From assembly GCA_963726245.1 (NCBI GenBank), contig CAVSBT010000037.1, positions 128,001-192,000 on the forward strand: a stretch of DNA of 64,000 nucleotides. Direction: 5' to 3'. Each line of letters begins with the position of its first letter. The stretch's first letter is position 1. The position numbers and the translations under genes are program-made. Shown one piece after another: positions 33,473-44,533 of the stretch. The notes under the pieces are model-generated. The model had not been told where the DNA came from. It saw only the letters and a program-made list of their open reading frames with translations, and did no database searches. The DNA is from an uncultured Chloroflexia bacterium. GTDB taxonomy: Bacteria > Chloroflexota > Dehalococcoidia > DSTF01 > JALHUB01.

Positions 33473-33871
33473 CTACGGGGGCGTGCCGCGGCCGAAGGCT
33501 CTCGCTCGCCGCTCTCGATGCTTGCGGAGCCCCTCGACAGGATAAGGCCAGAAGATCTCCTCGATCAGCTTGTCGGCCCGGGGCAGCCGCAGGGGCTCGT
33601 CTGAGTCGTCGACCGGAGGGAGTACCTCGACTTCCAAGCTCCTGCTCATGTGGAGCCGTCGTCGGGGCCGGCGGAGAGCGAGTTCGTGTACTGTCTCGTG
33701 CAGTCCCGCCGGCTGGAAGCCGGCCCTCAGGATAGGCATCTTCAGGTTCTCGACAGGACCTAGCAACTGGCCTGCCTCTCTTGACCGCCTCAAATACTCA
33801 TCAACTGCTTCGGCCACGATCTGGTAGCAAATCTCCGGTGCCAGTTTCCGCTCCAGGCTGCGCAGCCCCAT
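33473..33871 (-). CDS. hypothetical protein (accessory insert)
   Basis: ORF coupled to the upstream ORF; no recognised motif. Confidence 0.45.
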   Translation of the reverse strand: MGLRSLERKLAPEICYQIVAEAVDEYLRRSREAGQLLGPVENLKMPILRAGFQPAGLHETVHELALRRPRRRLHMSRSLEVEVLPPVDDSDEPLRLPRADKLIEEIFWPYPVEGLRKHRERRARAFGRGTPP

Positions 33872-33872
33872 A

Positions 33873-34392
33873 TCAATACGCCCCCCCGACGAGCAAGGGC
33901 AGGTTATCCTCGAGCCGACGAACCCGCCGCTCTTGGTCTATCAACACGTAGGTCCTTCCCGACGCGACCAGCGCATGTGCCGCTCTCAGGGCTACCCTGT
34001 CATCTTGGGAATCAAGCAATTCGATGAGCTTCGTGGTAGCCAAGGTGCCTGCGTAAGCCTGAAGGTCAAAGGTTCTCTCCAAGAACTCCTCGCGGCGAGA
34101 GGCCAATTCGCGCTAAAAGTCCGGGTCTCAAGCCAGCGATGGATGGTTGATCGGTGGACCTTCACAGCGTCCGCCACGTACACGATCGGCGTACCGACGA
34201 CCATGAGGGCGAGAGCCCGGCCTTTCCTGGCATCAGGACCGTTATTGTGCGATCGGCTCGCACCTGCCCTGGCAGCGCTGGAGGAAGTGAGCTCATCGCA
34301 GACAGGGGAGTTGTTCCCCGGCGCCACAGCTTGCCCTGTCATATGCTGGCCATCCGCGCCGAGGTGGCCGCTCTTCTCTTTTGGCCGCATGC
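33873..34392 (-). CDS. HTH protein, resembling phage terminase-small-subunit-like HTH proteins (frameshifted)
   Basis: LALMVVGTPIVYVADAVKVHRSTIHRW HTH, then LIELLDSQDDRVALRAAHALV in another frame. Confidence 0.5.
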
Positions 34393-34543
34393 TTGGTGTC
34401 CCCCTCAACTCTGAAACTCCCGGTGACCTTGGCTCGGTTACCGCTTGAGGGCCCCCAAGAGCACTCAAGCTCTGTACGACTCGCCAATAGAATAATCGGC
34501 CAACCAATGAAGGTACTCGAGGGGGGTCGGCGTTGGGAATCTG

Positions 34544-34964
34544 CTATGGCAGCAACCGTGGTACCTTGAGCCGGCCACCGTTCGACGCTGTCGATAGCTG
34601 TTGCTCTACCCATGCCATCACATTCTCCGCGTCCCGGAGGTGCCGCTCAGCATCTCCCGGGTCTATCTCAGCCGCAGCCCCGGGCCCAACCAGGATATCC
34701 GGATACCTGGACACCACATAGGCTCTCGTTAGACTCATCAGACCGCCCGTGAGGTCCAGCTCGACGGGCTAGCCACGACCAGAATCGTGTGTCCGTGGCG
34801 GCTGCGTGGCCTCGCGCTCCACCAGCAGCGCTTTGATGGCCTTCTCGGCCACCTGCTGTGCGAAGGAACGACGTGGCCGACCAGCGCTCGCCTGCCAACG
34901 TCACACGCGCGGTCACGAGGTCCTCCTCTGCCTGCCGCCACCATCGCTCCGTCTCTATCCGCAT
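34544..34964 (-). CDS. HEPN-domain protein (frameshifted)
   Basis: WWRQAEEDL..AR, AQQVAEKAIKALL, PRTHD, YVVSRYPD; TATAAT ~20 nt upstream. Confidence 0.8.
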
Positions 34965-35178
34965 GACTCTTACACTAGGTAGATTATACCAGCGCGCGCC
35001 CCAACGCACAGAGCGGATCAGCCTGGCGACGCCCGCCAATCCCGTGTTCATGCAGGCAGCCGGGCACGGATGGGAGAATCCGATCGCCAGCTCAGACACA
35101 GCCGCAGGGTCGGATCGCCCGGGTTCCTCAAGGGGAAAAGGGCGGTAGGCGTCCCTGAGTTCCGAAAGCTTGATGGCT

Positions 35179-35421
35179 TTACGTGGACTTGGCGAGCCGC
35201 AGCCTCAAAGCCGCGGCATGCTTGCAGACGCCACGGTAGGTGAAACCCGGGCAAGTGCAGGTGATGTGGCCAAAGGGGCTCGCGAAGAGCTCAAAGTAGG
35301 CGTCGGGCTCCACGCTCCGAGACCGAGCCAGGTAGCGGTCCGTGCCCGCCAGCTTCACCACCCGCACTCGCTCCGTGCGCGCCCGCTCCAGGGCCCTCAG
35401 CTCACGCTCCTCCGTGTCCAT
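35179..35421 (-). CDS. SWIM zinc-finger protein
   Basis: ITCTCPGFTYRGVCKHAAA (CxC-xn-CxH). Confidence 0.8.
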   Translation of the reverse strand: MDTEERELRALERARTERVRVVKLAGTDRYLARSRSVEPDAYFELFASPFGHITCTCPGFTYRGVCKHAAALRLRLAKST

Positions 35422-35518
35422 CACCGTTCCTCCCGTGGATGCAGCAAGGGTGTGACGGATCCTCGAGCCTGGGCTGATGCGGAAGAGCCAGCTCCTCGGG
35501 GATACCGCGGGCTGCCAC

Positions 35519-35779
35519 GTAAGCACTTGTGATGTTGGCCCGCACGAAGGGCCGCTCCAAGACCAGCATCTGGCTCAGCCGTGTCAGGCAGTTGGCCCCC
35601 ACGAAGTAGTCCCTCCGCGCCTCCATGTCCCGCAGCCCGTATAGGTAGTTCGGCAAGAGCCGACCCGCAGGCGTCACAGGTGGTGTCGCAGGGAAAGCGC
35701 AGCATCCCCCGAAAGCGCCGTAGCCTCTTCCCCTGTGCAAAGGCCTGCAGCCGGTCTCCTCATAGGTCATCGTCGTCAT
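35519..35779 (-). CDS. hypothetical protein (frameshifted, Cys-containing)
   Basis: GAGGAGG RBS before MTTMTYEETGC; coding signal split across frames. Confidence 0.4.
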
Positions 35780-35794
35780 GTTCTGCCTCCTCGG

Positions 35795-36660
35795 ATGATG
35801 TGATGGGGATATCGCAGCGGGAGCAGTCCACCGGCCGGACACGATCCGCCCCAGCTTCATGCAGTAGGTTTGCAGCCAGCGGCAGCGCGGCTCTCGCTCC
35901 GCCGGCGGTGCCTCGAAGCCCTCCCTCTGCGCCCCCGCCATGCCGGACCTCCTCTCGAAAGTCGGCAGATGGAGTAAGACGGATTCTCCGCCTTGCGATC
36001 CTCAGCGTAGGCCAGCCAGAACTGCGGGGCGTTAGTCTGGGAGGCTACGATGTACCAGGTGACCTCCTGAAGGGTGGAATTTTGCAATTGATTGCAAAAT
36101 TGGCCGTCCTCCCCCGAGAAAGAAGACCTCCCACACCTTCGCCAGGTTGTAGGCCTGGCGCCAGCCGATGCCAAAGGTGCGGCCCATGGCCTCCCAGGCG
36201 CGGTCGCCGTAGACGCTGCGCCGCTTGGCCTCCCAGAGGATGGCCGCCTGGGCCTTCCAGGCGCGCTGGTCGAGGTCACGAAAGTAGGAGAAAGAGGTCG
36301 ACGAGCTGGTCGTCGCGTGAGGTATGGTATCCTCTGGGCGAGGGCGTCGAGGCGGGTCTCCAGAAGGTTGAGCTCGTGGAAGTACTCGGAGGGGCGGAAG
36401 CCGGGGTTGAAGAGGCGGCGCGCGACGACCTTGCCTGTCGCCGACTTGGGCGACCACGAGGTGGCGGTCGGTGCGCTCCAGACGCCAGCGCTGTTCGGTG
36501 ATCTGGGTATGGCAGGAGCGGCAGAGGACAGCCTTGTTCGCGGGAGCCTCGATCTCGGGACGGCGAGAGCCGCCCATGCGGCGAGGTTCGATGTGATGGA
36601 CCTCCGCGTTGCGAGAGGTGCCGCAGATCTCGCAACGGCTGTCCGGCCGCGACAAACATA
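35795..36660 (-). CDS. HNH endonuclease-domain protein (frameshifted)
   Basis: CEICG....EVHHIEPRRMGG...PANKAVLCRSCH. Confidence 0.72.
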
Positions 36661-36710
36661 GCGAGTATCCGTCCGTAATCCGCCTCTAATCATACATTAA
36701 GTGGACAGCC

Positions 36711-36929
36711 GTGTCAACACCTAGGTTGACGCCTCGGGTAGCGCTGAAAGAGTGGCGGCGGCTGCGTGCCCTGTCACAAGAGGAACTGGCAAGGGCAGCG
36801 GGCATTCAACGCAGCACCATCGTGGACATCGAGAGCGGAAAGCGGTCTCCTCGGCCGAGCACGCTGAGAAGACTCGCGAAGGCGCTGAACATCAAGCCCG
36901 AGGGGCTCTTTGCGGATCCATTCGCGTAG
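36711..36929 (+). CDS. XRE-family HTH transcriptional regulator
   Basis: LSQEELARAAGIQRSTIVDIESGKRSPRPSTLRRLAKAL. Confidence 0.9.
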   Translation: MSTPRLTPRVALKEWRRLRALSQEELARAAGIQRSTIVDIESGKRSPRPSTLRRLAKALNIKPEGLFADPFA

Positions 36930-37745
36930 CAGAGGGGGGTGCCGGGCCACGTTTGCAGGTGCGAGGTCTGCGCTTCCGGCTGAATCCCGCTCCTGCCAAC
37001 GGAAGGCGCCCCGGCGTTCTGCCGAGGCCATCCATACTCGCCGGAAGGTAGGATCGGGCTTAGCCGCCTCTTCTAGCATGGGGCCGTACATGCGCTCAGC
37101 ACGCACGAAGCGCCGGTCGCTGTACTCATGGCCGTCCCAGGAACCGCCGCAGGTGACAAGGGTGACGGCATCATGACCGTTGATGCCGAAAACCTGGTCC
37201 CAGTTGATCTCATCCACCGGAGACTCCTGGTTCCAGACGACGGCATAGTAGTAGACGGTCTGGTCCGCCAGCCGCACTTCCACCTCGTCACCGGGCTTCA
37301 GCTGGTCCAGGTCCCAGAACACAGCCGGGCCGTAGTGGATATAGTCCACGTGGCCGGATAAGATGGCATTCCCTCCAAACCCAACTCGGTGCTCCTCCCC
37401 GGGATGGTACTCAGACATATCGTACACGGCGACAACTTCCGGGCCGCTGGGCATGGGCATGACCCCGTCGGTGTCCACGGTGTGCGGCTCCAGGGCAGCG
37501 TTAACGTCTATCTTGGGGATCAACAGCCTTTCAGGAGCAGCCCCGCTTGGCGGAACGGGGCTTTCCGTGGGCCAGGGAACAGCTGTCGCCGTCGGTTCAG
37601 TTACCAGCTGCCGCTGCGGCTTCTCTCCTCCTCGAAAGACACCCTGCGTTGAGACCACAACCAGGGCCGCACCCAGCAGCGCCGAAGCCAAAGGGGCCGC
37701 CAACAGCGGCAGTCTCCTCGACAGCGTTAGCTTCCATATCCGCAT
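36774..37745 (-). CDS. class F sortase (second copy; C-terminal ~90 aa extension doubtful)
   Basis: N-terminal TM, RLLIPKIDV, NAILSGHVDY, TLVTCGG...RRFVRAER. Confidence 0.9.
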   Translation of the reverse strand: MRIWKLTLSRRLPLLAAPLASALLGAALVVVSTQGVFRGGEKPQRQLVTEPTATAVPWPTESPVPPSGAAPERLLIPKIDVNAALEPHTVDTDGVMPMPSGPEVVAVYDMSEYHPGEEHRVGFGGNAILSGHVDYIHYGPAVFWDLDQLKPGDEVEVRLADQTVYYYAVVWNQESPVDEINWDQVFGINGHDAVTLVTCGGSWDGHEYSDRRFVRAERMYGPMLEEAAKPDPTFRRVWMASAERRGAFRWQERDSAGSADLAPANVARHPPLLREWIRKEPLGLDVQRLRESSQRARPRRPLSALDVHDGAALNARCPCQFLL

Positions 37746-37900
37746 GCAGTCTCCCCTGTTCCGCCTTTGTCATAGACCCGCCACCAGCCTTCCGACCACT
37801 CAGCATATCACAGCCCGCCCTTTAGCGTCGTCGCCCACACGCGCATCTTGCCAGAGATAGAACGAGCCTCCCCAGCTTCTCCGGGGAGGCTCGCCTAATC

Positions 37901-38527
37901 TCAGACCCTCTCTGCCTTAGGCAGAGACGCCTCTCCTAGTGGCGTATACCGACGGTAGGCCGACACACCCGCCGTGCCCAGCAGTAGCAGTCCAAGCCCA
38001 GCGGCCATGTAGACCCACCAGGCCGTCCCGCTGCCACCGTCCAGGTAACCGCCCGTGCCCGTTATGACCCTAGGCGTTGGCGTTACCGGCGCCGGCGTGG
38101 AGGGCGGCGCCACCGTGGGCTGCACGGCCTGGCCGCCCAGGTCCAGCGACGTGAACTTGCCGCTGCTCCAGGTAGCGCTACCCGCCGGGTTGCCTCCGAC
38201 CATGAAGCTTACCGAGGCGCCCTCGGTGCCACACCCGGCCGTCTGTCCGCTTGCCACCACGTCCAGGACGTACGACGAGTCCGCCTTCACGGTCGTCTGG
38301 CCACAGACGGTATCGCCGATCGTGGCGCTGACCTGAGTTCCTGCCGCGGCCGCCGACCCGCCCTGGGTTACCTTGCCGAAGAAGCGGTTCGGCGGCGTCG
38401 GCGGCTGGGCGCTGACGCTCGCCACCAACAGCGACGAGATCACCGCCACAACTACGCCTGCCAGCACGCCCTTTTTCAGGGTCTTCCAGTCAAGAATCAT
38501 AGTATTGAATCCCTCCGTTGATTCCAT
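37901..38527 (-). CDS. small secreted protein with putative sortase sorting signal (VITGTGG-TM-RR)
   Basis: Signal peptide VSA|QPPTPPNRFFG, two Cys, PT linker, VITGTGG + hydrophobic helix + RR; directly upstream of the sortase. Confidence 0.75.
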   Translation of the reverse strand: MESTEGFNTMILDWKTLKKGVLAGVVVAVISSLLVASVSAQPPTPPNRFFGKVTQGGSAAAAGTQVSATIGDTVCGQTTVKADSSYVLDVVASGQTAGCGTEGASVSFMVGGNPAGSATWSSGKFTSLDLGGQAVQPTVAPPSTPAPVTPTPRVITGTGGYLDGGSGTAWWVYMAAGLGLLLLGTAGVSAYRRYTPLGEASLPKAERV

Positions 38528-38562
38528 TCCCCGGAGCTACCCCTTAGCGGAAGCCCCTGACT

Positions 38563-40457
38563 CTAGATCTTCGGCCGGCTAATGGTGCCGGGCGCATTCA
38601 TGCAAACGAAGATCGCGTCCAACTGGTTGACAGTCGTCAGGTCGCTGGCCTCCGGAGCCGCAGCCGAGAACCCCTGCCAGGTGCCCGACTCGGGGTCGAA
38701 CACCCAGACGGCGTCCAGCGCTTCGGGCGGCGCTACTCCCTTCGCCACCGTTTCGATTGGGGTGGCGTCGGGCCATGTCGCGGCCAGCGGGTTGCAGCCC
38801 GCCACCAGCTTCACCGATTCGCTCTCTGAAGGTCTCCAGCTTGACCACGCCAACGGCGACCACGTTGGGATGGCGGTCAAGGCGGCAGGTCAGCGTGAGC
38901 GTCCCTCCCTCCATCACCGCCTTCCCTGTGGGCACGATCTTTACCATAACATGCCCGGCAGGTCGCCAGCCAGGCCGCCCGTGGTGCCCGTCTGGGGCCA
39001 GATTATGAGGCCGCTTTGCACCGGATCCAGCGAGCACGAGACAGTCTCGTTGGCCATGGGCCGGAAGGACGAGTCGAGCGCCACAAACTTGAACTCGCCC
39101 CCTTCGGGACCTATGGCACCTCCAGGGGGCAGCTCCAGATACGTCCCCAGCAGCGGCTCACCGACGAAGGTGGCGTTGATGGTGCGCGGCGGAGACTGAC
39201 GCCGCCGCCCTGCTGAGCGGTGATGGTGGCCGTGCCGACGTCACCGTTGCCCAGCAGGAAGGTCGTGACGACGCCGTTGCGCCAGCCGTCGGCGTCACAG
39301 CCGCCCTTGAACGTAATCCCGCCATTGGGCTACCAGTCGGCCTTTCGCGAAAGCCACTGGAACCAGTAGTACAGGGCGTCCACGTCGAAGACGTTCACCG
39401 ACTTGCCCTGGCCCACAGTCAGTGGCCACGATGGGTGGGAAAAGATACTCCAGCGCCTGCCGCTAGATTGCTCGCGCCATTCTTGAGCGCCTGAGCGACG
39501 GGGCTCATAGAGAAAATCCCGAGATCGGTCTCAAAGCTGACGTAGTCGTCGAAGAGCGCTGCCGTGTTCCCGCCGCACCAGACATCCGGCAAGTCCAGGT
39601 CTGGGAGGCCCGTGCGGGATTGATGTCGAGCTGCTGGTGTTGCTCCCGTAGCCCTCAGCCGGCGGCCCGACGTCACCGTAGACGCTCGCCGTAGAGACCG
39701 TCATACATGTCGTCCAGGCCCTGCGCGCCGTCCTGATCCGGGTCAATCAGCGCCTGCTCGGTACTCGGCACAAGGGGAGCGCGACCGGTAACGTCGCAGT
39801 GGTAGGCCACGAGCAAAGGCTGCTCCTGGGCAGCCGTGCCGAGCGGCCCTGTGGGCCCAAAGGCCAGTATCGTGTCCACCACGACGATCTGCACCGAGCG
39901 CGCGTCGCCCGTCTCGTCCGTAGCCGTGACCAGGACGATCTCGTTCACGCCCTTTGTGTTGCCCAGCGTGGCCGCCGCGGCGTTAACGCGCACCGTCACC
40001 ACGCCCACAGCGGCATCCATGTCGGCGCCGCTGTTGTCCGACACCGTCAGCGTGTGATCGCCGTCGGCGTCGAAGGTGAGCGCCGGCGGCCCGCTGTTCT
40101 GCGGGTACAGCCTCGTCCATCTCGAAGGTGATGGCGCCGTATGGCTCCGGGTGCGTTCGCGGTTCATACAGCGTGCTCCCATCCACGTCAGGGCAGGGGC
40201 CAGTGTCGACCGGGAGCGCCTGGCGCGAAGCAGAACACTGCCACGATGCCCGGCTGCCCGGTGCCGATGATCGCCGGGATAGCCTGGTTGTTCAGTCCCG
40301 GCACAGCCGGTGCCGCCGATGGCAGCGCCGCAATACCGCCCGGGGCGCCCAGGCTGGCCTCTGCGCGCTGGGTGTGTCCCGCCGGGTGCAGGATTCCCAG
40401 CACCACCATGAGCGCCGCCACCAGGGCGATCACTCCTACTTTTCTGACATTACCCAT
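38563..40457 (-). CDS. large secreted S-layer-like protein with GCNP-type CTD (many frameshifts)
   Basis: Paralog of 41359..43243 (LGAPGGIAALPSAAPAVPGL, DVWCGGNT, DGWRNGVVTT); ends ESVKLVAGCNPL...SRPKI. Confidence 0.72.
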
Positions 40458-40693
40458 CAATGGCGCCTCCTTTCAGGACACGAAAAGCGCCGGACCACTC
40501 TTGGCCCATGACTAGACGCTTGCGGCCGGCAGGCCAGTCCGGACCTTCCGTTTCCCTGCGCCGCCGTCATCGGACATCTGGCGAGCCTTCCCGGGTAGGC
40601 TGACAGCACCGCCGGGAAGGCTCGCCCCGATTTCGTGGCCGCGCCTCCGCCCACAGGCGACCATGGTCGCCTCGAGCGGAGCCGCCTGCCGAT

Positions 40694-41257
40694 TTAGCGC
40701 GCGTTCCGGCGATAGGTCGCCACGCCCGCCGTGCCCAGCAGCAGCAGACCCAGGCCAGCAGCCATGTAGACCCACCAGGCCGTCCCGCTGCCACCGTCCA
40801 GGTAACCGCCTGTGCCCGTTATGACCTTGGGCGTTGGCGTTACCGGCTTCGGCGTCGCGGGCGCTGCCGTAGGCGGTGCAGCCTGTCCGGCGAGGTCCAT
40901 AGACGTGAACTTGCCGCTGCTCCAGGTGCCAGTTCCCGCCGGGTTGCCTCCCACCGTGAAGCTCACCGAAGCACCCTCGGTGCCGCACCCGGCCGTCTGT
41001 CCGCTGGACACCACGTCCAGGACATACGACGAGTCCGATTTCACGGTCGTCTGGCCACAGACGTTGCCGCCAATGTCGGCGCTGACGTTCGTGCCCGCCG
41101 GGGCCGCCGAGCCACTCAGGGTTACCTTGCCGAAGAAGCGGTTCGGCGGCGTCGGCGGCTGGGCACTCACGCTCGCCACCATCATGGACGAGATAAGCGC
41201 CACTACCGCGGCTACTAGCGCGCCCCTTCTCAGGGCCTTCCAGCTAATGATCATCAC
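40694..41257 (-). CDS. paralog of 37901..38527, putative sortase substrate
   Basis: QPPTPPNRFFGKV...KVITGTGGYLDGGSGTAWWVYMAAGLGLLLLGTAGVATYRR. Confidence 0.78.
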   Translation of the reverse strand: MMIISWKALRRGALVAAVVALISSMMVASVSAQPPTPPNRFFGKVTLSGSAAPAGTNVSADIGGNVCGQTTVKSDSSYVLDVVSSGQTAGCGTEGASVSFTVGGNPAGTGTWSSGKFTSMDLAGQAAPPTAAPATPKPVTPTPKVITGTGGYLDGGSGTAWWVYMAAGLGLLLLGTAGVATYRRNAR

Positions 41258-41358
41258 TCACGGTCCCTCTCGTCTGATTCCTTTCTCGGAGCGTCAGCTC
41301 CGTTGAAGGCTGCAGGGTGTGGGGACCGCTGCCGGCCCCCACACCCTGCCACTGAGTC

Positions 41359-43243
41359 CTAAATCACCGGCCGCCCGATTGTGGCAGCCGCGTTCACGCA
41401 AACGAAGATGGCGTCCAGCCGGTCCACGGTAGCCAGGTCGCTGACCCCCGCGGGAGCGGTAGGCGAGAAGCCCTGCCACATGCCCGTCGCCGGGTCGAAC
41501 TTCCAGATGGCTTCCAGGGCCTCTGCCGGCGCCACCGCGCCAGACACCGTCGCGATCGCTGTCGCGTCGGGCCACGTTGCGGCCAGCGGGTTACAGCCCT
41601 CAACCAGCGCCACCGACTCCAGGTTGGGAGTCTGGCTCAGACTGACCTTGTCGCTCGCCGAGACGCTGCGGTCGCGGTCCAGCGTGCAGGTGATGGTCAA
41701 CTCCTCGGCTGCGACCACGGACTTGCCCGTCGGTATCAGCTTGAAGGTGACCTCACCCGGGTCGTGTCCGAGGTGACTAGCGCCTGTGGTCGCGGTCTGG
41801 TTGAGGATCGCCAGGGCGCCGCCCGTGGGATCCACCGTGCAGGTCACGGCCTCATTCCCCACCGGCCGGCCGTCCTGGTCCACCACGGCCACCGTGAAGT
41901 TGTCGCCGGTTGTGCCGATGATCGCCGGCGCCGTGATGAAGAGGGAGAGCGCGGCCTCGCCCTCGAAGGTCACGTTGATCGTGCGAGCCGGGCTGACGCC
42001 GCCGCCCTGCTGGGCGCTGATCGTGGCGACGCCGACGTTGCCGTTGCCCAGGAGCTCGGTGGTGACGACGCCGTTGCGCCAGCCGTCGATGTCACAGCCG
42101 CCCTGGACACCCACGCCGAATTGACTGAAGTCCCACTCCGACCACACGAGGAGGGCATCGATGTCGAAGGTGTCGATTTCCTGACCCTCGCCGCAGGCGG
42201 CGTCAATCATGGGCGGGAAGAACCAGTCTAGGAAGTTGGCCAGGTTGGCCGAGGTCTGCTGAACGATTACGGCGGCAGGGTCAACCGAGAAGAGGCCCTT
42301 GTCCGTCTGGAAGTCGACGAAGTCATCGAACAGCGCACTCGTGTTACCGCCACACCAGACGTCCGGAATCGCCACCGGAGGTATCGTGCCGTTGGGGGCG
42401 TCTCTGCCCAGCAGAGTGTTGCTGCCCCAGCCGGCGCCCGGGCCGCCGCCAAATTGCCAGTTGGGCCCGTAGAGGCCGTCGTACATGTCGTTCAGCCCCT
42501 GCTGCTGATCGTCGTTCCCTGCGCTACCCTCGGCAATCCACTGAGCAGGTGTTGGGCACGAGCGTGCTCCGCCCGAGCACGTCACAGTGGTAGGAGACGT
42601 AGACCGGCTGATCCTGGGAGGCGGTGCTGATCTGACCGCTGGGCCCCCAGGCCAGCATGGTGTCCACGATCACGATGTTGACCGTGCGCACGTCGCCCGT
42701 GTCGTCCGTGGCGGTGACCTTGACGATCTCGTTAACGCCCTTGGTGTTGCCCTGCGTGGCCGCGGCGGCATTCACGCCTGTCGCCACCACGCCGATGGCC
42801 GAGTCCATGTCGGCGCCGCTGTTGTCCGTCACCACCAGGGTGTCAGACCCGCTCGCAGCCCAGGTGGCCATGGGCACCGCCGCCGCTGGTGGGGTAGACC
42901 TGGGTCAGCTCCAGGGTAATGGGGCCCAATAGTCGGTGTCCACGACTTCCCCCCGGACAATCCCCTGCCACGTAGGGCAGGTCTCGATGTCCCGCAAGGT
43001 CCGGCGCCGTGCGCAGAAGACGGCCACGATGGCCATCTGGCCGGTGCCGATGATGGCCGGGAGGCCCTGGTTGGCGAGGCCGGGGACGGCCGGAGCCGCC
43101 GAGGGCAACGCCGCGATGCCGCCCGGCGATCCCAGGTCGGCCTGGGCCACCGGCGTCTGTGCCGTTGGCCGGAGCGCCGCCAGGACGACGAGGAGAGTCG
43201 CCATAACGGCCAGTATTCCCAGTTTCTTTATGCTAATGCTCAA
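41359..43243 (-). CDS. large secreted S-layer-like protein with GCNP-type CTD (frameshifts ~42560-42950)
   Basis: AAAGGAGGAG RBS, signal peptide AQA|DLG, acidic beta-rich body, ends ESVALVEGCNPL...GRPVI. Confidence 0.78.
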
Positions 43244-43875
43244 GGGTTGCTCCTCCTTTGGGCGGATTTGCGGCTGCGGGCTTGCCGCTCAGAGACCTCG
43301 GGCGCGAACGTGGGCCGGACCGACCTCTCCCGGTCGGCAGGCCCATCTCCTCCTTCACCATAGGTCACGGCTCGCCGCCACCGCATTCCCTTGCTTTCTC
43401 CTTATCTTTCACAATCACTGACTTGACGAGTCTGCTAGCTACAGAGTGACCGACCCCCACCCCTGATCCACCGGAGCCGGCCTGCTCCGACGGCCTCGTT
43501 CCGGGTGGAAGCGAGGCCACTTCTGAAGTTAGCTACATCGCATCCCCCCTTCCTGCTCCCCGCCATCCTTGCCAGGGAACCGGCGGGCTCCATGTTCCGA
43601 AAATTCTCAGCGCGCCAACGGGCAGACGGGTCAAAACACAATTCCCCTACCCCCGCCAGCTCGCAACGTTCCGTCTCTAAGACAGCAGCGCTCTAGCGGG
43701 CGCGCACACACAATTTGGCAACCGCAAAAGCGCCGTTGCCACAACCCTTAAAACGCCGGGCCGGAGGAAAAGGTTAACGCCGGGTGGCGGCTGTTAACTC
43801 TGGGCGTAGGTGACGCGTTCTACATAATACAAGCGTTGGGTACGGGCCGCTGGACGGCCGGGGACAAAAGCGATT

Positions 43876-44523
43876 ATGCTATGCACAGTATGGGCACACC
43901 GGCTCTTCCCCCTCAGGAGGCCTCCGAGCGCCGATTCTGCCTTCTCCGACCTGCCGACGGACGGACAGGAGAGGGACATGGTCCAGCGCGCCCGCTCCGG
44001 GGACCAGCCGGCCCTGGGCGAGATCTACGACCTCTATTTCCCCCGCATCTACCGCTACGTCCTGGCCCGCACCGGCAACACAGCCGAGGCGGAGGACGTC
44101 ACGGAGGACGTCTTCATCAAGGTCCTGGGCGCCATCGGCGGCTTCGAGTGGCGAGAGGCGCCTTTCGCAGCCTGGATCTTCCGCATCGCCCACAACCAGC
44201 TCATCAGCCACAGTCGCAAGAACGGCGTCCGTCGCCAGGATACTCCCCTGGCAGACACCATCGCTGACCCGGCTCCGGACCCGCTCATCCGCGTCGAAAA
44301 CAGGCTTTACTTCGAGCAGATCCTCGATGTCGCGCGTGTCCTCCCTCAGGCCCAGCGCGAAGTGCTCTGGCTGCGCTTCGCCGTCGGCCTCTCCATTTGT
44401 GACACGGCACGCACCCTGGGGAAACAAGAAAACAACGTTAAGGTCCTCCAGCACAAGGCGATCGCCAGGCTCCAGAAGCTCCTGGGCCAGTCTGAGCTGG
44501 AAAGGCCGAATATATTAGGATAG
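43876..44523 (+). CDS. ECF sigma-70 factor
   Basis: IYRYV...AEDVTEDVF...FAAWIFRIAHN; QREVLWLRF...NVKVLQHKAIARL. Confidence 0.92.
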   Translation: MLCTVWAHRLFPLRRPPSADSAFSDLPTDGQERDMVQRARSGDQPALGEIYDLYFPRIYRYVLARTGNTAEAEDVTEDVFIKVLGAIGGFEWREAPFAAWIFRIAHNQLISHSRKNGVRRQDTPLADTIADPAPDPLIRVENRLYFEQILDVARVLPQAQREVLWLRFAVGLSICDTARTLGKQENNVKVLQHKAIARLQKLLGQSELERPNILG

Positions 44524-44533
44524 CGCGACCGAT

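Noticed and set aside
36774-37060. Novel C-terminal extension of the second sortase
   Set aside because: It overlaps the XRE gene antisense and has shadow-like composition; more likely a lost stop or indel.
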